Shown: positions 43,189-57,552 of the stretch, piece after piece
Numbering within the stretch: the stretch's first letter is position 1
Layout: every line of letters starts with the position of its first letter
DNA from: Octopus vulgaris
Taxonomy: Eukaryota
Direction: 5' to 3'
Assembly: GCA_951406725.2 (NCBI GenBank)
Contig: OX597816.1
Span: 139,748,001 to 139,812,000, forward strand
DNA length: 64,000 nucleotides
Position numbers and translations under genes: made by a program
Notes under the pieces: generated by a model
Seen by the model: the letters and a program-made list of their open reading frames with translations, nothing else
Database searches by the model: none
Told to the model about the DNA's origin: nothing

Positions 43189-43738
43189 CAGATTTGCTAC
43201 AATAACAGAATAGGTAATAACCAGCATTATTTATGCCTTGTCTTATACATATACATATCCATATATATAGTACTACGTGTATAAGAAATTATACATAGAT
43301 ATTTAACCATCTTTCCATACGAATTTATGTATTCATATGTGCTTGTTGAAATTTTATTTCTATTTCGATTTAAACGATACGTCTCATTTCACAATGACTG
43401 TTAAACTTTATATCACTACAGTTTTTAAAGAAAACTCGTTTACCTAAGTTTTATTTCCTATATTTTCCAATAATAATATTGTGTAAAAATTATAAGTTAG
43501 CTTTTTTCATCAACTATTATTCATTCGATCAACATATCAATCAATTTTCTATTTGTGTTCGTACACATATTTGCGCGCGCGAAACTCTATGTATGTATGT
43601 ATGTATGTATGTATGTATGTATGTATGTATGTATGTATGTAGATAGACATAGTTTTATATCACTATAACTGAATAGCAATACCTAGCAATATACTCTTAT
43701 ATATACGTAAACATGACTATACGTAAATATTACTATAC

Positions 43739-43818
<80 letters not shown>

Positions 43819-43917
43819 TTTATATATACTTATAAACTTGTATATGTCTTGTATAATTACAAACGGGCACACACATACATATATATATACACATACATGC
43901 ATAATACCTATATATAT

Positions 43918-43985
<68 letters not shown>

Positions 43986-44003
43986 CACATACATGTATAC
44001 ATA

Positions 44004-44064
<61 letters not shown>

Positions 44065-44168
44065 AGATATAATTAATATCAGGGTAATAAAGAATTTTTT
44101 TAAAAATTTTCTACCAGACAAATACATATATATTACTTATATACATACAGTATACGTATATATATTAC

Positions 44169-44236
<68 letters not shown>

Positions 44237-44823
44237 TTATATATATATACTCATAAATATATATATATATAAGTATATTTTATATATATACTTATATATA
44301 TATAAGTATATATATATATATATATATATATATTACTTATATACATATACACTCTTTTACTACCAGATAAATACATACATATTACTTATACACATACACA
44401 CACTTTTATCCATGTGTGCAAGTGTGCATATGTACATAATCGTGGGTTTATATATGCCTACGTATGTATGCGTGAAAAGGATTCCAGTACATCTTAACCC
44501 AGTGAAACTCTGAACATATGTAAACATCGTTATTTAGATGTGTTTAACGATGTGTGTTATAACTCGCTCGTCTAACACTTAAAAACGGTGCCCGATTCGG
44601 TTCCAATCAATTAAGTTATTATAACAGTAAAATTTATACTTAGATTAGTAGTTTTTTTATTTTTATTTTTAGTTTATATACAGATCATGTCAAATCCAGT
44701 AAACCTATGATGAAAGGCATTCCAGCAGCGGCAACCCCATACACATTTCTATGTATGTATGCATACATGCATGCATGTATGTATGCATACATGCATGCAT
44801 GTATGTATGCATGGAGGTGCTTG

Positions 44824-44877
<54 letters not shown>

Positions 44878-44931
44878 GATACATCTATAGATATGTACAT
44901 ATATATATATATATATATATACATACATACA

Positions 44932-44963
<32 letters not shown>

Positions 44964-45640
44964 CACACGTGTGTGTGTATGTATATATATATGTATATAT
45001 ATATATATATATATATACATAAATACATACACATACACAAACACAACTCTAACCGAAGAAAGTTATAAATCATATTATGTTAATATCGGGTTTAAAGCTC
45101 TTTTAGATAGAAAAAGACGAGTTCTACAATTTAAAAAGGGCGAATTATTTCACGTCCTCTCGAACTTTCTAAGTTCTTATAACCTAAACAGCATATACTT
45201 GAATGTGTGTGTGTATGTGTGTGTGCGCGCGAGCGCGTGTATGTGTGTGTGTAATATGTAGGATATGTATTTGATGTACATGCGGGTGTATATGTGTGCG
45301 TTACTATTATATCGTGTCAGTGAAGATGCTTGGCCTAGCTGCATGGGTATTCGGCTCAAGATATCTTAGGTCGAATTCCTGGACCATGTTGAGCGTTCTA
45401 TCCTTGAGCAAGGCGCTTCATTTCATACTGCACTAGTTTACTCTGCTAAAAATAAGTGCTAATCTTGGGTTCGTACAGCTCTCTCCCTCTAACTGTCTGG
45501 GTCACATTGTGCGTGCATCAAGACTAAATAATTGCCTGCCCGCGCTGCTCGCGACTACTTAAGCACCTAAAACTAATTAACGAAAGCATGGTACATGCTG
45601 CCGGGTCGTAATCGTTCGCAGTAACTTTTGGCTCGTACTA

Positions 45641-45849
45641 TTGGTTTCAAATTTTGGAAGAAGGCCAGCAATTTGGGGGGGAATGGTAAAGTCAATCATA
45701 TCGACCTCAGTGCGGTACTTATTTTACCATCCCGGGAGGATGAAAAGCAAAGTTGACCCTGGCAGAATTTGAGCTCAGAACGTAAAGACGGGCAAAATAC
45801 TGCTAACTGTTTTGCTCGGCATGCTAACGGTTCAGCCAGCTCATCGCCT
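45641..45849 (-). mobile_element. SINE family C
   Basis: Reverse complement of 52067-52283. Confidence 0.7.
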
Positions 45850-47399
45850 TATCTGGCTCTTAATATTGAATTTAGAACTGCGTTATCTATTATGTACTAT
45901 CACTTTTTTAACGTAATGCGATATCATCTAATGGATACGTTGATATCCCCAGCGTTTCCTTGAGAGTGAGCAGGTGTGGCTGCTGATTGTGTGACTCGTT
46001 TTTCCACATCTCGTCCCTTCGAATGCGCTACCGTCGTAGATCAGACGTAGACCGAGACAGAACATGTGGCATGTAGTGTAGTGTTAAGCACTCACATCTG
46101 CCCACCCCACCCCCGCCGATCAGGTAATGTGGTTGAAGAAAGTTCTAAGTGGTGTGTAAGAACGACGACATTCTCGAGATGACTCTGTGCGTCGAAGAAA
46201 ATCAAGTGGCTGGTCTGTCCCTTAAGGCTTTCAGGCCAGAGCCCAAGGAAAATTTCCAGAAATCGCTGGCCTGGCAGTGCTACTGAGAAGCATTGTTGTT
46301 TCGAGATGAATTCTACAGACATGAAGGTAACGTCAGCCGGGCCGCCCATGATACGTAGAGAGCAATGAAACTATTCTGCATGAACTTGTCTAGCGCCCAA
46401 GCATTGCTGACTTGAAGAGTTATGTCGAAGAGTTGCAGTCACTCGTAAGGATGGACCTGGTTATCAGCTGAGTCCATTGTAAAGGTCAATCCCCACTCCC
46501 GCCTTCCTTTGCAGGCAATGTCTATCTGTCTTGTGGTCATAACAGAAGAGGTTGTGTGGAAGACGAGACTGAAAGAGCTGAAAACAATTAGTTTCCTTCA
46601 TCAACTTTTTCAGATCTCACGTGAAAAGGAAACTGAAAATAGGGGAGGGGTAAGTGTTGCCTTCCAGCAAATACGTTGAAAGGTGGATAACATTGACGAA
46701 CAGGATGCGAGTTTATGTGCCTGCTCTGGGCATACGTTTTTAAATTAAGGAGAGACGCTCCTTAACGGAGAGGACGCTTGCTTAGGTGGCCAGGGTGACC
46801 TGTTTTGTGGAGATTTCCACGGTTGGCCATCGAGGGTTGTCCTCTATTGGAGAATTTTTCATTGCAAAAATTCTTGTAACCTCATTGCTTTTTTTAAATC
46901 TGTTCTTCTGATTTGTACCGATGTATTTTTACCTTTTTGAAGGCCCTTGTGGCTCAACGCTATTTTTTGGCGCTTTACGTTTTTCAGTTCAAATTATATC
47001 CAGATCAACTTTGCCTTTCATCAAATTACTTTGCCCCATAATACGAGCATCTAAAATATCTGTACTCAAGCATGTTGGAATTTTCCTACGTTTCTCAAAT
47101 TAAAATAATTTAATTGATAACAGACGCTTATTGTAGCACTACAGAGATGTACGAGGAGTGGATCTAGCAGTAACGTTGAGATGCGTGTAGATGTAACAGA
47201 AACAACTGTTTAACTAGCCATTTATAACAGCAGAATTGCCTCCAGCATCTCAGCAACCACCAGATTTGGAACCTTTTTCATCACTGTTGTCACCAACATA
47301 AACAAGACTTACCATTCATCAAGGCCACACAGTCATGGCTTAAAATCAGAGACGCCTTCAGGCTAAAACACATTGTAACTGACAAACTCCCTCTGACAG

Positions 47400-48600
47400 A
47401 CTGAAAAATGGGGATAAACAAAGAGGCTTGTTCACTATAAATGTGTAGAGAGAAAAAACGGAAGGATTTGCAATTCTTCTTGAACGCAGGATGTGTAGGC
47501 TTTCATATAGTACGACAGAAAAGAGACCGCAATATAGACCAGTGAAGGCCTTATACCTCAATGAAAGAGAAGCCAGAGAAATAATCAGGCATAAATAATA
47601 CTTGTTTAGACAAGTACTTATTGCTGCTGTTCTATATGGGGCAGCGTGTTACCAAGATAACATTGAATAACGTAGATAACTATTTTATAATGATCTTGGA
47701 GGAGCATGAGAGACGTTGTTGCCTCGAGATCAACCTCCTGCCAGAACTGGTAAGAACTAAAAATATAGTTGCAAATGCTTCTCAACACTCAAAATCAAAG
47801 ATTCACGATGTCCTGTATTTTATTAATATGGATTTGGTAAGAGTTGGGAAGGAGGAAAGAAGCACGAGATGTTAACCACGCGAACGAACGAACCACTATG
47901 TGTTATCAAATATCATGCAAAGATGCGTGAGTGAAGAGAGCTTTCGCTTCAAACATAACAAACACAACAACAGTAACTTCAGCAGGAGCGAGATTGGTGA
48001 GAGTAGCATGAAAAACGTACACAGATATGTATTAACAGGTCTTCCAACTTAACAAAATACCAGTACTGAGAGTCGCGAGTATAAATGCATGTGGCCTGGT
48101 GTTAGCATAGAAGCAAAAACACTTGCGCAATGGCCTAATGCTGGTTGGCATATATAGATTTGTATATGGCAGCCAACATCATGACCATAATTTCTCGGAC
48201 TCATGAACTGTCGTTCCTTCTCGATGACCACGAGGTGAATGCATCTTTTGGTCGGCTCTAATCGAACACAGTAGCAGGGTTGTCTCGAAAACGCCTTGAG
48301 CTGCTCAAGATATAGAAGATCTTGTGCTTAGTCTGTAAGTCGAGGATCCTGGACAAAAACTGTTGCTAACCTGGTACCTCACATTAGTGAGTGCCTCGAC
48401 TGGAGAATGGCGGTCATTCTTCGCCCAGAAGCATTCTAGGTGGCGTTTCACACGTTAGTACTTGTAAGGCGCTGAAATGGCATCCTGGACAGGTACTGAG
48501 ACAGTGTAGAAATAGTCAATAGAAGATGCTTAGGAAGTTTCAACTGTGTGACAAGTACCGATTGGATTTTCGAATGTACCAATGTGGATTTAGATGAGCT
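47400..48600 (+). mobile_element. Highly degenerate Gypsy pol relic
   Basis: Weak matches: NVDNYFIMILEEHERR (cf. YLDDIL..EEHL) and MWPGVSIEAKTL (cf. integrase-Zn WWPG). Many stops. Confidence 0.3.
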
Positions 48601-49291
48601 GGGTCATCTACACTGTATCATCCTTAGACAAAATGTTGAACCCTATCTTTATGACCTTGCTTTGACAGCTCATTAACTGTGTGAAGCGCAAGATTTGTTA
48701 ACACCTCTTGAGGATGATGGAACCAATTCTGTTTTACAATGGAAAGAAGACTGAATAACTTGACCACCAATGAGAATAAAAAACCTGAAAACTGACAATA
48801 AAGCCGTCTGTATATTCCAATGAAAGCATACAACTCATGGAGGTCAGTGATTTCAAATAGTTTGAGTCCTAAGTCATTGGCAATATGGAAAACTTTCTGG
48901 AGTGACTGTAGAAAACTTGAAAATATATACCAATCAAGTATTTCAAAGTCAATAAGCGTGGCCTTCTTCAAGGCATGTGTTCAGCGCATCCTTTGCTAAT
49001 GAGCCGAAACTTGGACAACGAAGACATATCCTTCTCACTAAGCTTCTCACGAAGTGCACACAGCAAAACATAACGAGAAAACCTGTGATCACTTTAATAG
49101 TACATACACTCATCTTCTTATGACAGCTAAAAGCATCTCATCGCGTGAACACAAGACTAAAGAGGTTTATGGATATACTCTACCCATCTCTACTCTTTTT
49201 ATTCCATACAAGCTAAACTTGATTGGTCATAGCTATCTTGCTTAACTCAGACCGTATCAGATGTTATATTTTGGACACACCCAAACCCAAA

Positions 49292-49552
49292 TAAAGGTAA
49301 AGTTAAAGTTACCTTTTCAAGTCATACCGATTTATAAGGGTCGGTTTCCCGGTTTCATGACGTATATACTCCCCACCAAGACGGGGCGCCGGTCGTCGCA
49401 GGGTTGCTCATTTTTTCCAGCTGAGTGGACTGGAGCAACGGGAAATGAAGTGCTTTACTTCAAGAACACAACGCATCACCCGGTCCAGGAATCGGAACCA
49501 CAATCTTACGATCATGAGCCCAATACCCTAACCACTAAGCCACACGTCTCCA
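49292..49552 (-). mobile_element. SINE with family B head/core and a third 3' tail
   Basis: Same head and core; tail ends in the (ACCTTT/AACTTT)-type repeat aaaggtaaagttaaagtt. Confidence 0.7.
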
Positions 49553-50094
49553 CAACCTTAATAAAGGACGAAAACCAAACAACTAAACTGCAAAGACTCA
49601 CAAAATGATATTGGGGATCAGCCAAAACTAATGGGCGACAGAGATTTCCGACGCGGAGTGGTGAAATGCATCTAGGCTATGGCCACTTGAAGAAGACTTT
49701 ATCTCTATAAAATATTTATTAAATTAGCGAACAAAGATAGATCAGGGTTTCCATAACTTCATCTAAGCAGTTATGCAGATTTAGTTTAAGCATGTGATCT
49801 ACACAGTCAACCTAGATACGATGTATAGACAAAGATCCAGTTAATTGAAATGAAATTGAACGCTGTAATTCTCGGCACGAAAAGCCCCAGCGACTGGATT
49901 AACAAACTAGTTATGTGAAAATTGACGGTGCGATCATCAACTAATGACAAATCGAACAGAAGATAGTCCTCACATAGGACTCAGAGGAGTCATAGCCTCT
50001 ATACACAAGCTCAACGGTATCAGCACATGCGTAGATGTCATGTAAACCAGTCCCTCTGTCTAAAGTAGCGAGATAACTTCATGTAATACTTCAC

Positions 50095-50480
50095 AGGCAT
50101 TTAAATTTTACTAAGGATGTGGGCAATCTTTTGAATTTCTCTGAGACATGTTTCTCCTGAGATGTTATCTAGATGCTTCTGACATCTCTTTTTACCATAC
50201 CTAGGTCACCTACAATAACAGGTACAGTTCTCGCTTTAAGATGTCACATCTTTTGTATTTCAATTTCCAAGTCCTTATATTTACTCGATTTGTCAAATTC
50301 CTTTATAGATATATTTTTATCAGTGGGACCACTTACATCTGTTAGTCGATAAGTATTTACTTCTGTGTCTTCAATGACTATGTCTGGTCGATTAGACTGG
50401 ATCGTTCTGTCGGTGTTGATTGGAAAATACCGGAGGATATTGACATTTTTACCTTCTTTTGGATGGTGCATGTTCTTAGA
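50095..50480 (-). mobile_element. R4/Dong-type restriction-like endonuclease fragment adjoining (TAA)n
   Basis: NILRYFPINTDRTIQSNRPDIVIED..LTDVSGPTDKNISIKEFDKSSKYKDLEIEIQKM (PD-(D/E)xK fold signature). Confidence 0.85.
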
Positions 50481-50498
50481 TTTTATTATTATTATTAT

Positions 50499-51087
50499 TG
50501 AGTGAGAGAGCAGTGCATGCCATCAAAGTGACACTGGGGTAAAATATACGAAGCCCAGTATACCCATCATGACTACCCGTCTGATAAGGGTACACTAGGC
50601 ACATGCATCACAACCATATGTGCGCAACATGGTGATCTCATATCACGATAAACAACACATGACCTTGCAGGTGGGGCCCAGTTCGAATTTTCTTCTGGTC
50701 GAGTAACCCATCACACTCAAAAGGTCCCTGAATAAGGGTTGTTTAAAGATGTTGAACGAAACACCCATGTTTCCAGAGGTGAGTTATTCAAACCCCAGAG
50801 ACTCCCTCTCAATACATGGCTATGATGCTCCCCCACTACTTCTGCTCATGATCAGAGATGCACATATCGTCAGCCACTAAGAGACATGCTCATCTGGTTA
50901 CGGTCAAACAACTGACAAGCAAATCTGTGGTATTGAGCAGAATATTTGCTGTAGCCCATCTTTTATACCATGACAAAACAATGTACATGAAAACACTTCC
51001 AATCAGTTAAGATCAGAAGCCACGTGAGCCACTGCCTGGTACTGCATCAGGGCATTTACTGCATCGGGGCATTTACTGCATCAGGGC

Positions 51088-51090
<3 letters not shown>
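50499..51090. mobile_element. ~590-bp non-coding insertion flanked on both sides by (TTA)n
   Basis: Complex sequence bounded by TTA repeats, with a terminal 17-bp unit tactgcatc(a/g)gggcatt triplicated at 51040-51090. Confidence 0.5.
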
Positions 51091-51149
<59 letters not shown>

Positions 51150-51150
<1 letters not shown>

Positions 51151-51495
51151 TCATATTCACTGAACAGATTAGGCTGTTCGAAAAGAAAAGAATCCTAACA
51201 TCAGGCTACAGCAAGTAGCCTCTGATACCAAGACCCCTCCTATCAGGTTACGGTAAGTAACTTAAGATACCAAGAACCCTCCTAAGTATCCTAGCTGTTC
51301 CTAATAACACTGTTTTCTGGAGCCGTACTAAAATGGGTTTTATGCCTATTTCCTCTATTCATCTGCTCAAATCTTTAGGGATAGTTCCCAATGCACCTAT
51401 AAATAGTGGGATACATTTTAACCGCACTTTCCATAGACTATGTAATTCAATAGCTAGGTCTTGGTACTTTGCTATGTTTTCTAAACTTCTCATAT
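51150..51495 (-). mobile_element. R4/Dong-type 3' fragment between (TTA)n and (TTG)n tracts
   Basis: Minus-strand IAKYQDLAIELHSLWK..IPLFIGALGTIPK..LQKTVLLGTARILRRVL. Confidence 0.75.
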
Positions 51496-51699
51496 TAATT
51501 ATTGTTGTTGTTGATGTTGTTCTTGTTGTTCTTGTTGTGGTTGTTGTTGTTGTTGTTATTATTATTATTAAATTTGGCTTTGCCTTGATTTACAAGAGTC
51601 TCAACCAGTGAAGTCAAGGGACAACAAGGTTTTACAATGCCGTGCAACTGAAAACGGCTGTCTGTGAGAGTGAAAAAAAATAGAAAGAGTAAAGCTGCA

Positions 51700-51910
51700 T
51701 TTATATGGTGAACAATTTACCTGAAATATGTGAGGTGCTTATAAGTATGCTCTTTTCCAATTCACTTATTTTAGGGCTGCCAGGGATTTGGTCTACATAT
51801 TTCTTGTCTCGCCTTTATATTATTGCAAGTGCCCCAATAATAATAGGTAATGTTGTTGCTTTGAAATACTACATTTTCTGATTTCAATCTACAGGTCTAT
51901 ACATTTGCTC
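51700..51910 (-). mobile_element. Third degenerate R4/Dong-type 3' fragment
   Basis: IIGALAII..KYVDQIPGSPKISELEKSILISTSHI. Confidence 0.6.
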
Positions 51911-51977
51911 TGGGGTCGATGTCATCGACTGTCCCCTTGTCCAAATTTCAGATCTTGTGCCTATAGTAGAAAGGATT

Positions 51978-52036
<59 letters not shown>

Positions 52037-52066
52037 CGTCGTCGTCATCATCATCATTATTATTAA

Positions 52067-52283
52067 GGTGGCGAGCTGGCAGAATCGTTAGTACACCGGG
52101 TGAAATGCTTTGCAGTATTTCGCCCGTCGCTACGTTCTGACTTCAAATTCCGCCGAGGTCCGCTTTGCCTTTCATTCTTTCGGAGTCGATAAATTAAGCA
52201 CCAGTCATGTACTGGCGTCGATGTACTCGATTATCTCCCTCCCACAAATTCTAGGCTTTGTGCCTATAGTAGAAAGGATTATT
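52067..52283 (+). mobile_element. tRNA-derived SINE, family C, (ATT)n tail
   Basis: ggcgagctggcagaatcgttag..ttcaaattccgccgaggtc..tttgcctttcat..gtcgataaattaag. Other copies at 16866-17064, 21622-21834, 32340-32450, 45641-45849 and 58060-58653. Confidence 0.8.
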
Positions 52284-53899
52284 ATTATCATTAATTTTAT
52301 TATTATTATCATCATCATCATCATTATTATTATCATTATTATTATTATTATTATTATCATCATTATTATTATTATTATTTATGTAATTGACAAACCCTCT
52401 CGCTTCAAATTGTTGGCTTTGCGCCAAGAAACAATTGTTGTTATTGTCGTTGTTGTTTTCTTACTTCTGTAGGAGTGTCATGCCAATCGTTGTTGATTTT
52501 GTTCAGTTCTGGAGTTTTGGTTCTTTCAATTTTGTTAGTCTTTTCAGAACTGCTCAGTACCTAAGAAGTGTGTCCTTTGTTTTGAGTAGGCCCCTATCAA
52601 TATTTTTTTATCAATATCTTTTTATCTTTTACTTGTTTCTGTCATTAGACTGCGGCCATTTTGGATCAGTTTATTGGTTTTTTTTTTATTTTTCAAATTT
52701 GTGCCATGAAAAATTTGAAAAACGCATGACGGCTTCGAATTTGACGACCAAGGAGAAAGATAGAAATATCAGAGGAAAAAGAGATGGCGGGTTACAAAGC
52801 GAGAACGTCTTTTCATTGAATAATTGGAAACCATGCGATTTGCCCGTCCATTTGAGTTACAACAATGACAGCACCGCCAGCGCTACCACCATGTTTACTA
52901 GGTAACACTAGCACAGAGATGTTTACAGTGGAAAAGACATTGATATCGCCACAATGGCCCATCACTAAAAATAATAGCATCACGTCCAGATGCTTGATAT
53001 CTGTAAGAGATTACGCTGCCGTTGCTAAATTAGTATGTGGTTCCGAATACGACAACAGTAGCCGCGTTAAAAGCAGTTGTAAGTCAAATAAAAGTTATAA
53101 AGATGCAACAGAAATATCAACATCTGAAAACGACGGCGGAAACTGGATAGACCTGGATCTCTCGGAATTCCTCCAAAATAAAGAGAAATTGGCGAAGTTT
53201 GTTATCCTGAACAACGCTGCATTATCAGAGGAGTTTGTAAATGGAAAACCTAGAAGGATGGTGACATATCTCTGTCTTTGAAAGGACGAATTCTGATTAC
53301 AAAGAAGCCCTTTCCGATATACGACAAGAATATTTGCACTAATGGCTCATTAGTCAACACATATCAACTCACTAGGGAACACAAATCATACCCGACGAAA
53401 CAGATCCAGTCTCCCATATAAAAATATAATTGAGTAAAAACACAAATTAAAACTGTATCATTTCGCACGCTTTCGGCATCAGAAGTTAAAAGTATGTTGC
53501 TAAAAAACAGAAAAAAAATTAACAATCGGTGTTCGTACAAGCATGCTGACCCATAGATTAACGCCTTGTTATAAGCGACAAAGAAACTTGTGAGTCATGG
53601 TCAGAGAATTGACAAAGAGGTGAACCCGCTGATCGCGAAGTTCAAAATTCAGAGTGATGAGATCGTGAAAGCACCAAGCAACTCGCAAAGAACATTGTTC
53701 AACTTTTAAATATATCTCTCTATTGGTTACCCCGGAGGTATAACCTATTGACGTTTCAGTGTTGAAGTCGGTCAGGCTGATGGATCAAGACAAGACCAAA
53801 ACAGGGTGTTTGGCATCTGTAATATTGTCTAGTGCTGACATTCCTTAAGCAGTTGGATAGGAGATTAGTGGAACAGTCACACTAACATTCTCTAGTGGT

Positions 53900-54260
53900 T
53901 TGTGGGGGCTGGGGAAATAAAGAGCGAGAGCTTCTTTGGAATGCTTCTGGGTCTCGATGAAGAACAGTTAAACAATTTACACCCAGAAAACTTCCGAACC
54001 AGGGACTGCGGACAATTTCCAGAAACTTCTGGCCTGGAACTGCTGCCATAATACATTTAGAATAAGCTTTATATGCACTGAGCTCTCCATAATTTGGGTT
54101 TATCATCCAAGATGAACAGACAGCGATGAAATGGTTCTTCACGCGCAGATTCGGTGACCAGTCGTTCACTAACATGATCAGCTATACCGAACAGCTGTTA
54201 TCGTGTGCTGGATGGCTTTTAGCTGCACCCGTCGGAATGATGGACCTCCTCACCCTTTTT
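53900..54260 (-). mobile_element. Degenerate LTR-retrotransposon gag-like fragment (related piece near 46200-46350)
   Basis: Shared motif PGQKFLEIV / PGQRFLEIF at both loci. The preceding ILDDKPKLWRAQ resembles the Gypsy gag FWxxxPELWFAQ motif. Confidence 0.35.
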
Positions 54261-54858
54261 TTAGAAAGGGAAGCAGGAAGTTTTCCTCTGTTTGGTGGCT
54301 GTTGGAAGAGAGAATATATGGTAGATGTATTTCAAAGGATTTAGGACAAGAATCTATCTCTCTACTCAAGCCTTCATTAAGATTCATCTGAAGTAGATGT
54401 TGCGGGTAGAGAGGGATGTGCTGCCCTCCGGCAAATTTGATTTTAGGAGCGGTTCAGTGGTGCCTGATACATATGAAAATGTCAATTCTTGAATTCTGTC
54501 TGGGAATCAGTGTCAGAAGAGAACAACTGCCCGTAGTGCAGTGTGGACTTGATGTTTCTTTCGTCATTGCAGATGCCTTTGCGTGTATGAAAGCGTATGT
54601 CTCAGTGATTAGGGTATTCGGATGACGATCGTAAGGTCAGGAGTTCGCTTCTCGGCGGCACATTGTGTCCTTTGGCAAGACCTTTTATTTCACGTTGCTC
54701 CGGTTGTCGCATCAGAGTTGTCTACATAACCTGACCAATCCCAAATATGTGTGATGTGTGTGCGTGTGTGCGTGTGTTCGTGTTTGTATTTAGGAATATT
54801 CAAACACCAAGACACATGAATGTTGCCAATTTCACTATGATTTGATGTCTATCTATAG

Positions 54859-54985
54859 CAGTGGTTTTGAAGTTTCCTTTGCAGATATGTGTGCATAAGA
54901 CTATTAAATTATTGCACAGGGGTTCCTCGAGCCAGTGGAATGTTTCCTTGGGGTTCTGCTCCAGCAAAACGTTTGAAAAGCACTG
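54859..54985. mobile_element. hAT-Charlie/Buster MITE with 8-bp TSD atctatag
   Basis: TIRs cagtggttttga / tgaaaagcactg. TSD at 54851-54858 and 54986-54993 has the central TA typical of Buster targets. Confidence 0.85.
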
Positions 54986-55168
54986 ATCTATAGTCACAGA
55001 TAGACTTGTTAGAGAGGTAGATGAGATCATACCCCTTAATATCTAAAATTGTTATATGTCATTCTAGCCACACACAGAGAGATACACAGATACACACACA
55101 CACACACATACACACACACACGCTCACACACACACACTCACACACACACACACACACACACGCACACA

Positions 55169-55207
<39 letters not shown>

Positions 55208-55295
55208 ACACACACAGAGAAAAGATATTGATCGATTGATAAATATACAGACGCATAGACAGAGGGGCGGGCGGGCGGACAGATTGATGGTAAGG

Positions 55296-55363
<68 letters not shown>

Positions 55364-56160
55364 GACTCTATGCGATGTTTAATGATGTTTAGCTCCAGGT
55401 CATTCCTAATTGATCAATCATGAGATCAAAGGCGTTCCAGATTCGACTATCCCAACTTGTTTCTTGTTTTTTTTTTAGTCTATCTCTCGCATGGTTTTAT
55501 CTCATTTTTCCAATATGTCCTTCCTTTTTTTTTTTAATTTTATGATAATATTTGAATGAAATGTGACTACTATTTCTTGGAGGTTCGGTAAACACATAGA
55601 AGCTTCTAGATGTCAGCTGGTGCTGTTTACTGCTCATAGAGCCAGGCGAAAACTGCAGCTTGTAGTGGTAGAAGAAAAGCTAAAACGAAAATATATGACG
55701 GAAACTTAGCAAGCAGCATCCGTGTTTAGTAGTAAAATTATTTTACACATTACAAAGGAAGTTTTAATTTATATATTCTACTTAAAGTGAATTTCTGAAT
55801 TACTTTCGAAGAAAATACCACCAACCAATCAGAAATAGCAACTAAGACGAACTGCTTTTGTTGATTGGATAGAAATATTTCACATGACGTCAGCTTTGAA
55901 GAGATTTGAAAGATGTTAAAAATTGAAGGGTGCTAGGAAGAAGGGGGTGTTTATTTAGAATTTATTCACCCTCCAAGCAACAATAATATTAAGGATACCC
56001 CTTAATAGTATAAAAAAATATCAGATAATATTAGATGATATGAAAGGAAAACATACATACATACATACATATATGTAAACATACATACATACATACAGAC
56101 ATACATACATACATACATACAGACAGACAGACAGACAGACAGACGCATGCTCATATATAT

Positions 56161-56324
56161 GCAGGCGCAGGCGTGGCTTAGTGGAAAGAAGCTTGTTTTC
56201 CACTCACATGGTTCTGGGCTCAGTCCCATTGCGTGACATCTTGAGCAAGTATCTTCTACTAAAGCCTCGGGCCGACCAAAGTCTTGTCAGTGGATTTGTA
56301 AGATAGAAACACACACATATATGA

Positions 56325-56394
<70 letters not shown>

Positions 56395-56552
56395 CTTTGT
56401 ATTTGTGCCCTAACACCGCTTGACAAACGATGTTGGTTCGCTAAAAAGCAACCGACAGAATACGCTTAAACAAAAAATAAGAACTGGGGTTGATTTGTTT
56501 CAGCATATCCTTCGGCTCTGTAACGCTGTATGGACGCAGTCTAATGACTGAA
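56161..56552 (+). mobile_element. SINE family A
   Basis: Head, CORE-like segment, internal (GT)n and tail. Confidence 0.8.
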
Positions 56553-57323
56553 ACAAGTAAAAGATGAAAGAAGATTGGCCTCGTATATATAGAGTGGGAG
56601 GTGGGGCTAACTAACTATCTTAATGTATAAGTCACGGTAAATTTTAAGTTCAAATTCTTCCATTATTTTCCATAAATCCAAGGCCGATAAATAAAATATA
56701 TACTTATTTATATAAGAATTTTAAAATATTTTAGAAGTACCAAACTTTATATATTGGTATAATGATACTCCCTAGACACAGCAAATTTTATCTATGGAAT
56801 TTAGAATGTGCCATTTTTACTAAGACTTTTAAGGTGTCCTTCAGGAAAATAAGATTTAGCTGCTATTTCTAGCAATTTAATCGGCTACATAGAAGAGACA
56901 ACTTGGGTAGAATTCGTTGTTGTTTAGTCACGGGTTCGACCACGATAAATTTTCTTTTATAATTCCATTCACATTTAAGATACCTTTAAGATGTCATATG
57001 ACCCTTGGAGGGGTCCATATAAGATCTTGCTGTTAAAAATTTGTGTGCCTTACATTGGTTATACTTTTACAATTCACAAAATATTTTAATAATTTTTTAA
57101 TACAATTTCTAATAATATTTCATTATAAAAATATTATAGGATTTTTTTAAAATATGGAATGGTTATGATGGTTCACCCGAGTAAAATAAGAATTTATAGG
57201 TAAAAGTATGGTTGAGAAATACTGCCGTTTATGAATATAACTCCACCCGGAACTTAACGATCCTTAATTTTATTCACGCACGAAAAATGATAGGAAAATT
57301 GACTTCAATGTGATTTGAACTTA

Positions 57324-57485
57324 AAGAGCCCTCACCAATTTTTGTTCTTTTTGCTATATGCAGCCTCTCATATACATGTATGTATGTATGTATGTATGTA
57401 TGTATGTATGTATGTATGTATGTATGTATGTATGTATATGAGAGGCTGCATATAGCAGAAAGAACAAAAATTAGTTAGGGCTCTT
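57324..57485. repeat. ~52-bp inverted repeat enclosing a (TATG)n tract
   Basis: aagagccct..tgctatatgcagcctctcatataca / tgtatatgagaggctgcatatagca..agggctctt. Confidence 0.9.
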
Positions 57486-57498
57486 ATTAATATATATT

Positions 57499-57537
<39 letters not shown>

Positions 57538-57552
57538 TTATATATATATATA

